A stretch of DNA of 64,000 nt from Phoronis australis (taxonomy: Eukaryota > Animalia > Phoronida), in NCBI GenBank assembly GCA_002633005.1, contig NMRA01000547.1, positions 223,559 through 287,558 of the forward strand, written 5' to 3'. The notes beneath the pieces were generated by a model. It had not been told where the DNA came from. It was given only the letters and a program-made list of their open reading frames with translations, and did not search any database. Both the position numbers and the translations under genes were made by a program. Of the stretch, positions 1-15,100 are shown piece by piece; position 1 is the stretch's first letter; every line of letters begins with the position of its first letter.

Positions 1-662
1 TTGAAAGTTTTCAAAAATTTTGTGTAATTTTGTGAAAATACTTAAATTGTTCATTGGATGGTTTTGAATGGGCTTTCAGAAGATGTTATCCATTTTTGCT
101 AGGACGTTTCTTTCTTGAACTATTCACGATTTTCTGATAAAGTTGTTCCTTTGTTGACTGATTTTTGCTTCAAGTTTGTTGATTTTTTGTTAGTTTCTTG
201 GTTTGCACGCTACAGATAGCAATTTTTATTGTATCAGCATAGGGGTTACGATTATTTGTGTTCTTGGTTTAGTTGTCGATCTCACCTATAATTTTTTTTA
301 AATTTCTTTCACCAAGTGTCGCTCTTCAAAGTGCTTTCAAAACTTGATAAAATGAAATTTCACCATTTTTGAGTTATTTAGCTTTCAGAAGATGTCTTCA
401 TTTTTTGCTAGGACGTTTCTTTTTCGAATAATTCAGGACTTTCTCATAACGCTGTTCCTTTGTTGACAGATCTTTATGTACTTTTGTTGGTTTACCTTCT
501 ATTGAACAAGCCCATATTTCTTATTCATTTCTGACATCTTCATTCATCATGTTCATCATTGCCACCATCATTATCATCATTGTTGTTATCATCTCCATTG
601 TTGTCTTTTCAGTCAATTTCCACAAGTGCCACTCCTCCGAGCACTTAAGAGTGACTCCGTAT

Positions 663-2128
663 AACAAGAGCAACGCAGAGCATTGAAATGCGCCCACAAA
701 TGCATCGCAAATGGTGTGCTTTTAGGGTTGTTCATTTGTGTCATAAAAATGGCCACTAGATGGCGCAAAAATGTACAATCCATCCAAAAACGGTAAAATG
801 CCATTGCTTCCTTAATAGAAAGCTATACACCAAATTTCATAGAAATCCGTCACGGAACTTCAGAGAAACAATGTAAAACAGAATAAAATGAAATTGCTAC
901 TAGGGGACACACTGTTCATTGGATCCACCTGAAAGTCGTCATTGTCTGTTTTTAGCTTCATATAAATACACTTACTTATTAAATCTAATAAAGATCATGC
1001 AGTGGGTTTAGTAAATACAGCTATGGGCGCAAAACAAAACAAAACAGAACAAAACTACCACTAGGAGGCGCCACAGTAGTCAAAGTTGTCGTCCTCAACC
1101 GTCATCTTCACACTGAGAACATATACGCCAATTTTCAAAATCATCCTCAAAATGATTTGGTTGATAGAGGGATAAACGCCAATAAATAGACTAGGTGCCG
1201 CAAAATACCTCGATTCCATCGGAAAACGAGAGGATAGCATCATCTCACCAACTGATGACCGTATTCAAAATTTTATGAAAATCCGTTGAGGACCTTTGAA
1301 GATACAGAAGTAAAAGTAAAACTAAAATTGCCACCAGGGGGCACACCAGTAGTCAAATCCATTCAAAAATCATCGTCGTCTGTTGTCAACATCATATAAA
1401 CACACTTGTTTAAGTTAGTAAAGATCTTGCAAACGGTTTAGGAGATACGGCCATGGGCGAAAAAAACGAAACTGCCACTAGGAGGCGCCAAAGTAGTTGA
1501 AGTCATCAGAAAATCATCGTCACGTATCCACTTCATAGTAAAAACACACATGCCAATTTTCACAATTATCCTGAAAGCGGTTTGGTTGATAGAGGGGTGG
1601 ACGTCAAAAAACAGACCCCAAAACAGTAAACATGGCCACTAGGTGGCGTAAACTAGGTCAAATCCATCTGAAAACGGAAAGATAGAGTCATATCACTAAC
1701 AGAAACTTGTACACCAAATTTTATGAAAATATGTTGAGGACCTTTGAAGATACAGAGGTAAACATAAAAAAATAAAATTGCCACTAGGAGGCACACCAGT
1801 AGTCAGATCTGTCCGAAAGTCATTGCCATCCGTTTTCATCATCATATAAATGCACTTACTAACTTTTGTAAAGATCCTGCAAACAGTTCAGGAGATATAG
1901 CCATAGGCGCAAAAAAAACTGCCACTAGGAGGCGCCACAGTAGTCAAAGTCATCGGAAAATCATCGTCAACCGCCCTCTTCATAGTAAGAACATACTTTC
2001 CAGTTTTCAGAATCATGCTTAGAGCTGTTTGATTGATAGAGGGGTGGACGCTACAAAACAGACTCGAAAACAGTAAAAATGGCCACTAGGTGGTACAAAT
2101 TACGTCGAATCCATCGAAAAACGGGAGT
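663..2128 (-). mobile_element. DINE-1/HINE-like non-autonomous Helentron, copy 1 (one end missing)
   Basis: Terminus aacaagag-caacgcagagcattg (stem-loop)-aaatgcgcccac (subTIR), followed by ~150-bp subunit tandem repeats each containing CCACTAG-GGC. Confidence 0.8.
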
Positions 2129-3047
2129 TTGTCTGTAAACTCTGCTCATCATTTCCAAACTAGACAGTTTTGCAAGACAACTTTCATTAAATGTAAAGTT
2201 GAGGCAAGATATTTTCTTGGTTAGTCATCAAGACTTACTTTTTATCTATAAGTTCAAAAAGCTACATAAAACTACAAGGTGCAATATGGCAGTAAGAGGG
2301 TCACAAAAATGGCCACTAAAATTAACTAGGAAAAGTGGTCTGTGGATTATCTCCCCTGTCTAGTCAAATTTGAGTAAATGCCAAATAAGTTTTTACAGCA
2401 TGCATTGGTTATTCCACCCACAAGTACAACTTTCAATCTATTTTTTAAGTTACTTATTTTCGTTGCTGAAAACATACAATTTTGGAGACAGCTAACATGA
2501 CCAATTGCGATCTAGTGCTCCAGCGACGAAATTAGAAGTCACTGAGTGCACAAAATGTGGCATTTAGATTTTTGTTAGGAGACAATGTTACTTCAAACTG
2601 GAAGTGTGACGCTGTGAGCAAGTCAACCAATGCAAGCACTGTGTGTCTGACTGGCTGAATCGCTGATCTTGTCGTTTCAGGCACCATTGCTCAAGTCAAA
2701 GGCAAAAAAGTGTACATAAGGTAATAAATCATCAACTGAAATCTTTGCATTTTATAAGAAAAAATACAAGTGAAGAAAACTTATAAAGTGACCATACATT
2801 AATATGTCTAGTAAAACTTAATTATTTATCTCAGTTGTATCCAAAATCCAATTCAGTGGCATTGGAATGGCAGCATACAGCAAACGTGAGAGCAGATGAT
2901 CTTGAGACCTGACATAACCACCTTGAGCCAAACATTTTACTTCATCACTCAACATCAATGCCTTTTTACACACACAAATCTAAACAGAGCCTTAATACTT
3001 TATCTAGTAATGAAACAACAAATATTATTTTAAGTATGGGCTACTAC

Positions 3048-3164
3048 CTCCTGTAGTCTTGGAGATGTTTGATCAAGTCTTCATCAGACAAGCGTGCACT
3101 CTCTTGGCGGTACATAGCAAACTCCTCATGGGTTGTGTCCACATCTTTGCCCCGGAAGACAGGC
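3048..3164 (-). CDS. DOCK9: DOCK9-like exon ([38 protein letters not shown])
   Basis: Acceptor tttcag, donor gtagta, 117 nt, phase 2/2. Confidence 0.9.
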
Positions 3165-6100
3165 CTGAAATGGAACTCAAGGAATGTACTAGTCGACAGG
3201 ACTCTCAACCATTCAAGATACAGAACCCGGACAAACAAATCAATTCATTCCCTCTGAAAACGTTGATGACAAAAAAGCTGAATATGAACCATATTAGCCA
3301 TCTCCACATTGTAAGAAAACCTCACGATTCAGAAAGTCTACAGAATACAAACTCACGTAACATACTTCGAAAATTTATTTAATGCATATGTTCAATGAAT
3401 TTAATGGCTACACTACAAAAGATCAGATACCAAACACGAGCAACGTCGAGCGTTGAAATGCGCCCACGAATGCACTGAAAATGAGGTGCTTCTAGGGTTG
3501 TTAATTTGTATCCTAAAAATGGCCACTAGATGGCACAAAAACGCATGAAAACGGGAACATGCCAATTCTTTAATACAAAGCTATTTACCTAATTTCAAAA
3601 AAATCTGTCAAGGAACTTCAGAGAAACAAAGGAAAACATAAAAAAATTAAACTGCCACTAGGGGGCACAGCGTTCATTGGATCTGCATGAAAGTCATGGT
3701 CGTCTGTTGTTAGCTTCATATCATATCTTAGTAAGAACACTTACTAAATTTAATAAACATCCTGCAGAGGATTGAGGAGATACAGTTATGGGCACAAAAC
3801 AAAACAAAACAAAACTACCACTAGGAGGCGCCACAGTAGTCGCAGTCGTCATCGTCAACCGTCCTCTTCACATTGAGAACATGTACACCAATTTTCAAAA
3901 TCATCCTTAGAATGGTTTGGGTGATAGAGGGGTTGACCCCAAAAAACAGACTAGATAAGCCCAAATTGCCAATAGGTGGCGCAAAATACCTCGATTCCAT
4001 CCAAAAACAGGATAGCGCTATCTCACCAATTGATGCCTAAATTCCAAATCTTAAGAAAATCCGTTGAGGACCTTTGAAGATACAGAAGTAACCGCAAAAA
4101 ACTAAAATTGCCACTAGGGAGCACATGGGTAGTTAGATCCGTCCAAAAGTCATCGTCCTCCATTCTCAACATCACATAAATACACTAGCTACATTCAGAT
4201 CCTGCGAAACGGTATAGGAGATACAGCCATGGGCACACAAAAAAATGCCACTAGGAGGTGCCACAGTAGTCGAAGTCATCGGAAAATCATAAGCCATCCC
4301 CTTCATAGTACAAAAGGTGATTATAATTTCCTAGTTCCTCTTTAAAGCGCTTAAATAGACTCCTACACGAGTCTCAGGTTTATGACATGGGCAAAACCTC
4401 CTGGAAATTTCGTCAAAATTTTGACAAAATTTCCAAGAGGTTTTGCCCATGTCGTAAATCTTGAGACGAGAGTAGGATTTTTTCTCACATGAACTTTAAA
4501 AATGACCTTTTTACCGAAAAACTCGACGTATCTAAATCTTTCAAAGCAACTGTTGTACAATGTAAAGCAGTTCAGTTACTTTTTGTAAATAGTTTTATTT
4601 TTAGCTTAACAGTATTGTAAATTCTATTCAGCTTTCGTAGCAAATAATATTCAAGTTAGAATCTAACAAACAGTCTTTGAATTTGTAATTTTAAAACTTA
4701 ACAAATGTTTATAACAGTCAGCAAGGCTTCCCTGCGATTGAGCACTACATTGAACTTGAGACAGCACAGTCAGACAGTCTCGCCACATTTCTTGAGTTGT
4801 GGCTCATCTCTGAATGAACGTGGATATGGAATTCGCCGCCCAAGATGGGTACGTTTAAGAAGTTGTTTGCATGCCCTTTTGACTGGGAGTACGTACATTT
4901 GCGACACCCGATTTGTCAATCATAACCTTGTCACTTTCTCGGAATTCCGGCATTGCTTGGCTGGCATGCGTTTGGTTGTTTTGGTGTTTTGCAAACGATA
5001 AAATGTAAGGTGTATGGATTTCTACTTTGCACTACTTTGTGATTTGCCAATGTAATATCAAAAAAAATTATGTACTCCGTGTTATTAACTAGTCGTGTCG
5101 CAACACATTCCAGGTCATGTGAGAAAATTTCAATATCCAACACGTTAGATATTAAGAAGTCAAGAAAAAGCAAAATTCAAGTCGATGATTTTTATAAAAA
5201 AAAATTCTTTTCGAAATGTTCTTTCCATAAAATGCCGTTGCGACTGCAGACTGCCATGTTATGTTATTCTAACTACGCGTACGAATACGCATGTCCCGCC
5301 ATGTAAGTAGACTTGTTAATGTGTAGTTCTTGTGCCAGTTATCACTCTCTCTGACTATTTATTCTTGTGCTGCCTTTTTCAAATGTCACTCCACAAACGT
5401 TTATGGTGGAGAAACTTCCAATGTACATACAGTTATTTTCAACGGAATTTTGGTTGGACTTGGGGTGATATTGGCGTAAGTTATTTAATATTATTATTAT
5501 AGTGATATTTAAAATGAGGGTGGCCTCTTCAGTGACAGCACTGCTTTCCAAGAGGGCCCTCAACAAGAAAAACAGTAATATAATAAGTAATAAAACAATG
5601 AAATATACGCAACAAAGATACAGGTTGAGAATTAAGACAATAACTAAATGACGATGAATGGTAAAAATTTAACTAAGACAGATGAAATAAATTAAGAGAT
5701 GACTCTAGACAGTGAGAGTATTTACGACAACGAAAAAATGACATGATTAAGACAGGCAGGGTATAAAAGGTTACTATGTAAATTACAGCCACTTATTAAT
5801 ATTTACTTTGAAGGTAGTAATTGAATTGGACCGTTTAACTTCTGGGCTAAGAGAATTCCATATTATAGCAGCTGCATAGACAAAAGATCTCATGTTTCTT
5901 GATATAAAGTAGTTTATTTGCATTCATTAGCATTAGTTTTCCCCTGTTCTGTCAGGTAAATTTAACGTTTTGAACGCTTGCTATTAATGTATCCTCTTAG
6001 CCCATCGTTATTTTCTTGGGCGTTGTCCGGAGAATTGAATTGTTATATACATGATACAGCATTTTGTAACTTGTAAATTTGAACATAGTTTTTTGTTATA

Positions 6101-9100
6101 CTTCAGTTTACCTACTACTTATTCTGCTGACAATAAAACAATAAAGCCCACAGAGCATGGATGGTTCTACAAACCCCTTGGTGCCACGACCTATGACACC
6201 CTCAACCCTCGATCACCTCAATAAGCGACCTACTCAATCTGCAGCAATAGTGATATCAGGTGCGATTTTTACACATTTTACAAGCTTTCACACGGCATAT
6301 CAACTTTCCCACAGAACTTACCGTGAACTCGCGAGTTAATGCCTTGGACACTTAAATTGGGAAAGCCTGAGACAGGGAGATTGGCGATTACCCAAGCAGT
6401 GGGCGCTTAAACTGAATACTGACAAAACTCGGGGGTGGGCGATTATCCAATTAGTGGCCGCTTACGTCCAAATTTTAGCCAAACTGTGCAAGGGCGCAGG
6501 TATTCATTCGAGCATGGAATTTGTAAGTTTGGTCAATCAGCAGAACCCAACAACCACAAAGTTTCTCATGGTTCAAACAGAAACAGGGTGATTTTGTGAG
6601 ACCATTCCTAAAAACTCAGATGTTTTCAAACATATTAGCACGCTACAAAACTCCAATGGCAGTCCACTTACCGTATCAGCAAGTACTGTTTCCTCGAATA
6701 AAACATGGACTATTCGTTCGCAGCGAGACCTTAACTTTGCAGTTGCAACAAAAGCGGGTGTGATTAATTACTCAATTCAAATTAGGGTCGACCCGGGATA
6801 TAAATCATGCACATGCATACATAAGAGAGGAATAGCATACGTTTTTCAAACAATGTCAAATTCCTTTAAGAAACGTTAAAAGTTTGCACAGAAAGCGTTT
6901 TATAGAAAGTTTGATCACAATATCCTGAGAAATGTAGGAGCTGAGCACAGAACAGTTCTTTCGCTACATACACAGCTGGACTCATCGACTCATGGACAGA
7001 TGGATACTATGCAATTTTCTAACCAAATTTGAATTAAAAAAGGAATACAACGCAATTACTTTGGAAGAACTAATTACACCTGTAAAGAAAGTGATTTATA
7101 TGACTGCAACAGCTTTAAAATATTAGAAAATTATTGTTAACAGCTAAACTACATTCACAAGAAAAATTAATCTCATAAATTACATGCAATAGCATATAAT
7201 GGCTATATGCCTACAGTAATCTGAGAAAAGCTGAGTGCCATTGAATAGGAACTACGACTCCACTCACACAGTGCCTACTTACCTTGCAGCCCAGGCAAAG
7301 GGCATTCTGCAGTGTCCAATGTGGGCACAATAAGTTTTCATCTGTTTGTGCACCTTCAGTGCTGCTTTGGGGTCAGGTGTTCGCATATAGGGTTCTGCAC
7401 TTGCAGCCACGCCTGCCTGGAGCACCTTCTCCACCCGTGCTACAAGGTAGATCTCAGAGTGGGGATTACTCACTGAGAACAGTGCCTAGAAATGGAAAGC
7501 ATAATATCTATACAACTGTTGAGAAACATAATCTGGGACATGGCAGAGTCTAACATATATTTGTAGAAGGATTCAGAACATACCAAAAAGTTTTAAAATG
7601 TTCTTAAATTGGTGAAAAGTTCCACAACATTGTAACATACCATCAATATTCAGGCATGAGTACCTAGCATTCAGTTACGCAATAACCAATTACAGAATAT
7701 TCAGTAGTTGAAGAGGGAGGCAATAATGAGTCAACAACAGAGACAGCAAGTGGTTGCAATAGAGTTACTCATTCAGTCAACAGGTGTGATAGTTCACCAC
7801 AAGACGAGGCTTCACAGCACTGGCTAGAGTATTGGAACAAACGCTACATCAGACGCTTTGTCCGAGATCTGTACGTTCCGTCAAGATTTATTAACTCAAA
7901 TTCGTCTAAGTCTAGTACCACACAGAAAGCTTTTAGCACCAGTCCGTGACAACCTGTACCCAACCATCCATAGGAAAAACACGACAGTAACGCTACGAAC
8001 CTGTCTTTTGTCATTACAGCATGCAAAATTCCGCTAAACTGTAACACGCAACAAGGCATCAGAGTAAAGGTTTGTTTAATTTACTATCAACCTAAAAATT
8101 TTAGAAACAACTGTAAACCCTCAGGCAGAAAGAAAGACAGATGCAACAACATACAACAAAATACTACAATTGCCACTAGGGGACACACACATAATGGGCA
8201 GGTGTTGATTGAAACATATGTGTCCAGACATCAATGCCAACCCTGTAACAAATACTTCTTATTTTATGACAGTCCTTCATACATATGGTAGATATTGAAG
8301 CACGTGCAAAAAAATAACTGCCACTGGATGGCATAAATGTACTCAACCATGTTCTCGTCAATAGGATGATTATCAAAAATGTTTGGCACTTGGCAACAGT
8401 AAGCTTGGCCTGAAACTTTAAGGGTAGCAGGAAGTCTCTTTGATAAGAACAATTGGCAAACTTCATATATAGCCAGTGAAAGACTGGTAGAAACCAGGGC
8501 TCGACGCTATTCAAATCGCCAGATCGCATTTTGCGACCTAGCCAAAATCCCAGGTCGCATTTTCAAAATCCAGCTCGCATTCATAAATGCCAGGTCGCAA
8601 AAATTTCCCACCATTTTTACGTTCCAAAATCGATTTTTTAGATCACCGAGAAAATGTTTAGATTATGCTCTTACCTGCAGCGTTAAATACTGACAAGTTT
8701 CAGATCGCAAAATTGAGTTCGTTCATGCAGGTATGGTATTACTGTTCTTCATGACTGCAATTGAAAGGCCCTCAAGCGCAAGGCAAGTTGCCGACGTGAA
8801 AGTTGAATCAGTGCTCCCTAACTAACACGTGGATTCGAGTAGCTACATTTGCGATGTGAAAAGGGAGAAAATGCCCATTGAAAAAGTATCCGCGATTTTG
8901 CTAGGTCTGACCTTCTACTGGTTGTCATCAAAGTCGTTAAAGATCCAAACTAACTCGGAGTGCAAATTCCCGCCATGTTTTGTTCGCAACCCAAATTTTG
9001 CAACTTAACCCGATGTTTGAAAAACATCTGACAAAAAAACCTGAAACGATGAACTAACCAAATGACGTATTTGGATGCGCGGGAACAATTCAGTGTAAAT

Positions 9101-12100
9101 TTCATAACAAAAATGTGATACTTATGCTGTTTACGTACTCAACAATTCGTTTTGTATGAAATGAATAGCCTCGAAATAATTCCCGACTGCGTGCGGGATT
9201 CCATAGCGTAATTCGAGTTTGCTCCTCAATACCTTCCAAGTACGGGGAAAATAGGTCAGTCACGAAACGACACGCATGTCACTAGTGTTAAGTTTCTTTC
9301 GCAGTTATGAAACAAAGCCGGGATTTGGTTTTTACATATTGAGAAAGATGTTTTTGAAAACTGAATTTGTAGTGTAAAGTGAGAGTGACACACTATATAG
9401 GCTGCGTGTCAATTTTAAATCAAGCGCGGTCGTTTCTCGTGCGCTATGATGGGCGCTAGCCTGAACCGTGGGCGCTTAATGGGAAATTCTCAAAGGTTGA
9501 GGGGGAACGCTTAGTAAATCAGTGACCGCTTATTATAAAACACTTCAAAGGTAGGGAGTAGGCTTGTGCGTGAGCATTGTCGTTAACCTGAGTGTTTGCG
9601 TTAATAAGATATTAAACGACTGCAATGGTAAGAAACGTCATATTACGATTTTGCGAGACAAACTCCATCGAGTATAGGGGTGACTTTCTGAATATCGTTA
9701 CCACCTACATTTCACCCTTTTTAGCCACCCGGAATAATTTTGTTTTTAATTGCCCGCTTCAGCCGGAACAAGATTGTTTCTATTGGAGTCTGAACATTTT
9801 ACGGCGACGGTGGCTCGGGGAGCCAAAACTTGCCGGGGGGGGGGTGTATGAAGAGAAGAATAAAAAATCGTTGACCACAATTTCACATCTAGTACCCGTT
9901 TAGTTACAACAGCTGGCTATGGGCATAGAATATAGGGTTTAGAGAACATCGACCTCGGGAAACATCATCACAGGAAATATCAGTTCTGGATTATATCGGT
10001 CCCAGGGAATATCGTAAAGCATCGGGTCTTTTATAACCGCCGGGAATCTATGAGTTCATTTTCAAATAAACCACTGGCATGTACCCGGGTGCTTAAAGGA
10101 GAATGCCACCCAATTTAATTAGTCTTTTTTGCCGTCTTAATCGATTTATATCCACATCGCCTCGCATACGGTCGACATTACCTTGCCAAGAGGTGTTGCG
10201 TTAACCTGTGAGGAAGGTGAGAAACGATGCTAGCGACGTCAGTGGTTCATATGCAGAGTGAATGCCGCTATGTTATGGTGCATCGTTCCGGCTTGTCCGA
10301 CCTAAGCAGCTGCGAGGAAAGCGGGTATATGTTTTTTTTTTGCTTCCTCGAGAATTCGAAATGCTTAGGAAGTGGCTCATGGTAGTGAAGAATGAAATGT
10401 ACGCTGTAAATAGCAAGTATGAGGCCATGAAACATTTCCATGTCTATGGCCTGCAGACGTCGACAGTGCCTGACGAATGCTGGCTTACCAAATAACTCCA
10501 TATGTTCCGTTCAGTGTCTGAGTTTGTTCACGGCGCCTCTCTAGTATTTCTTCATCACTGTATTCCTGTTTGAATTGATAGCCTGTAAAACTTAACGATC
10601 CACTTGCGAAGTCGGAACTGATGAGCTCTAGCTCGTCCAAGTCGGCCCGGGGATTGCGAGATGCCATGTTGGCGTTTATTACTTAGCGTTCTGTTTCAAA
10701 ATGAATTATTCTCACCCTAACCAAACTGAAACAAAGTCTGTCTCATTAGATGCAATTTGTAATGCCTTTGGAGTGTTCGTGAGTGCAAATGATTTGAGAA
10801 GCCAGCAATAAATAAATCACTGTGTTACCAGCTTTAGCTGCAATACAACTAATTATGACGGGACACCGAGGCCGTGTGAGCTCATGCTAATTTAGTGTCT
10901 GCTGGCAGAAGCTGTTGTGAAACAACTCAATTTCCATCCCGCAGTCAGGTGTTAGGGGAATCTTTATTTACATTTACCTTCATAACGATTGTCAATGTAC
11001 AACTTCTGCCCTGACCGGCGGTGCAGTGGCCAAAAAGAACCTGAATTCGCGGCCCCCGACGAGTAAGTAGATTTGCAGTTTCGTGGCTAATTCGCCAACA
11101 TAATCACGTGCACATTACTTTGGCTCGCTAGTATAGTACTTTTTTGACTGGAAGTTTAGTTTCCACTGAACTTTGGCTGGTTTATGTTCGTGATGTCTGA
11201 TCAGTTTCCGAGCCACTGGCCGGGATAACGAGTCAATCCGGCCGGCCGCGATGGGCCTGATCGGGCTCCGAGCCACTGGCCAGGATAACAAGCGTTTTGT
11301 GTTAAGAACTCAAAAAATCACAAGTCTAAACAACACAGATCTAGGTTCTCCTGTCTGTATCTCACGGAAAATACTTCGAAATTATCTCCAAACAGACCCC
11401 AAACTCCTGCTACCGGACCTTAAAGACCTGCCGAACTTTGTAGGCTACGGTGTGTCCAAATACAACGACATAAAACAACACGTTTTTATAAGAACTCAGT
11501 GTATTTTTAAGGATTTTACATCGCAGTTTGATGATTTATTGGTGTTAAACGATGTCTTCAAGCGATAAGCTAACACCAGTAACCCGTGTTGTGAACTGCT
11601 GAACAGAGTGCGTGTGAAACCGATGACGTCACTGGATAATTTCAACACCTCTGTCTGCCGTCAGGTGTCATGTAACGCAACCGTACGTGTCGTTATGAAG
11701 TAGAACTACTCGATCTAAATTGATACAAATTAGGTTGTTTTTTGGGTGGCATGCTCCTTTAACAGAGCCAAGCCGGTATACTCTTTCATTTAGGACTGTA
11801 GCTGTTCTCTTTTGATTTGAAGCTTTGAAGTCCCCCCACTTAAATCGCTGGAGCAGGCCTACACTTTACATGCGCACACCCAGCCTAATATATAGGGGGC
11901 TCGAATTCTTCCATATGCGGACCTGTTACTGAAAAAAAATCAACGAGGACTAAAAATGGGGCAACGAGGTTCAAGCTTGCCAATCGTGCATCCGCGCCGA
12001 ATTCCTGTGGACTTTGTGGATTTTTGTCTCGTTTACTTAAGGGACTTTTTGTTTCACTGAGGCGAACTTTTTTGCCCAATTCGCCAAATGGGGGGCCCGT

Positions 12101-15100
12101 TGGAGCATTATTCACGCTGGCAGCAATGTGTGAAAATCAAATCATATTTCGCGCACGTAGCCCCAGAAACAAGTAATGCGGTTAGATAATTTCTTGGTAA
12201 CTGAAAGTAAAGACGTGGCCGTCGTTTGGCGATTAATAGGCTTGTCATTCGGAGGTGCGCCGTCTGACGGGCAAAATCCTGGCTAATACTCTGCCCTGGC
12301 CCCCCCTAAATAAAAATCCTGGATCCGCCCCCGACTTTGGCTGTCATAGGCAATAAAAAACGAGACGCACATCTCTAAGTCACGATTTTCTGCCGGGACC
12401 GATTGCGCGCTAACAACGGGACTGATCAGTGCCGCTGTGCCAGCAATATCAGGGATGTTGTCGTGGATATTTGGTACATGTAATGACATCTTGCGCAAAA
12501 AATAAAACATATTTGTCCACCACAAAGTTTGATAAGTTGATCGCTTAAGAATTAGTGGAAACACTGCCGTGTTGTGACATTTTATCACGTGTTATGCAGT
12601 GGCCCGAAACTTTCTGGCTCGAATCCGGAAACTTGCAAAAGTTGCTTAAAGTGTTAGCAAATGAAACGCGTTAAAGATCGATTCTGCATATCCCATGTTC
12701 ACGCGACTTGCTGACATGTACAAGTCATCGGGAGGGCTGTTCTAGGTTGGCGTTCTTTTGAACTTTGATTTGGCAACAACCAAATAACGGTCGGATTAAC
12801 AAGAGTTGCTTTATATTTGCTAGGCGTGCGTTCAGTAGACGCTAGGACCTATGCTAGGACCTAGCTAAAACCTAGTCAAAGTCACGTGTTCTCATTTAAA
12901 ATGCACGGCAATATCTCACGTAATCTCGTGAAGTCTTGCTTTTTAGCGAGGTCCTAGCATTACTGAACGGGAGGCAGGTTTCTTCCGAGAAGTGTAAAAA
13001 CTCAGCTCGCATACGTTGGAAATTACAGGTAGCATTTAGCGACTTGATACGAGCTGACAAAAATCTCAGCTTGCATTTCCAAATTTCAGGTCACAAATGC
13101 GACCTGCAGCTCGTTATGTCGAGCCCTGGAAACAGATGCACTACTCATCACAACAGCAATCGTATCTGTCCCAAAGTCATCCATTGTCCATCGTTAGCTT
13201 CATAGAAATATACATGAAAATTTGTCGAAGATCTACAACAGTGATAAAGCAGCGGATGTCAAATGCCCCCAGATGATGGCAATATGCAACTACATGGGCG
13301 CATAATGATACAACCACAACCTCACTCAGTATGTGTGTATGTGTGCGGGCATGCGTGTGCACATGTTTTGTATACGTTTCTATTATCAATACTTAGAAAG
13401 ACTCACTGCTTTGGGGAACATGAGCCAGTCCTCTTTTAGTCCCTTCAGAATTGGCCCAGTTGAAGACTTCCCATCAACAGAGTTCAACATATCATGAGCA
13501 CGTAGCAGGTCAACCGGTATCATTCCTCGCACCTCTGCTTCATTGGGGTCATAGTGAAAATCTTCTGATATTTTCTGACCCAGTTTGGCATCATAAAGGG
13601 CAAGGCGGACAAAGAAAGGTTCTGGCTGAAAACAAAATAGTTAACAATCAGCCATCAATCAGATTTTAGACAGCAGGTTGATCACTGACCAAGAAATATT
13701 CAAATTTTAAGGGGATTCGGCACTTGCTTGAAACACTTTCTAGACATTTAAAGACTAACACTAACACTGGTTGAAAATGGCCAAAAGACAGAAATGTTAC
13801 TACATGTACTCTGTGTATGAAGTTGACAAGATAATGAATGAAGACCAAAGTATATTATATACGGTGATATCTCACCAATTTAGGATGCAATATGTCAGAC
13901 AAGTGAAATTTTATTTTCTCATATTTTCCATGAAATATATGTAGCACCAAGTTAACAATTTTCAGTGTTCAACTTCTGTACCATAGCCATCATCTAATTA
14001 TGTTTTGAGAAAACTGTGCTCATTTAGAACAATGTTCAACAATGTTAGAAGCACTCGAAAAATGAAAAAAATGGTGATTTTAATCATTATTTTTGTCTGA
14101 AATTGCGGAGATTTTACTGCAGGCAATGGGATCGGAAAAAGCCAGATAGTATAAGTTAGCTCTATAATTGAAACACAGAGTATGCAACTTTTTTTAAAAA
14201 ACTGGTTAATGAATTAATAACAATTTATGCCAATAACTGAACTATAATGACCACAAATGGCAGCTCAGAAAATGATTATGCAATCATCTGTCCTTAGTAG
14301 TGTAGTGATTTCATGGCAGGAAAACAAGATGACAATACATTAGCAAGCTTCTCTGTTTTTCCATCTTCTGACACACTGGTTTGTAACTTCATAGTTAGCT
14401 TTCCACAATGCACAATAAGCCGAACACCAGAACGCTGCTTCAAGTGGAAATCATCTGCACTACTCTGGCAACTGTCTTTTGTCTGGGGAGTTCTCTACAA
14501 AACAGAAAAGATAATGTTTGGGCTGAAATAAAAGACAGAATATGTACTTGGCTTTGCTGTGACTTTAAGGGTATGTCATTTTCTTTTTTGAAATGTGTCA
14601 CGAACAAGCATGCCTAGTATTTTTTTACTCGAAATTGAACTCGAAATAATTTAAGATTTTTGTCTACTTTGGAATGAATGTAAGATAAGGGTCTGGTATT
14701 CTGTGCTTGAGTACAGTATGATTTACATTGATAACTGCATACTCATGTGTACTTGATGACTCCAGCGTTAAAGCTATAAGTTTGAGTCTGTACACAAAAT
14801 CCCAAGCTTTTACTCAAAATCTTGAGTTTTTACCAAGTCTGTAGCTAAAATCTATGGGTCTTCAAGTGCAAATTCACAGCAGTTTGCGTATTCCATCATA
14901 TACTCCAGTACAGAATAACAAATAATTATCTCAAATTCGTGCTTAAGAGAACGGAAAATGACAAATGGATTTTCGATTTTGATTTCAAGTAAAAAGATTA
15001 GATCCCAGGCCCCGAATTTCAAGTAAGACTTGTCATTATTGTCAAGACAAAGAGCACTTGATCTCAGTTATTATTGTTATAATAATTCAGTGCTCGTTAA

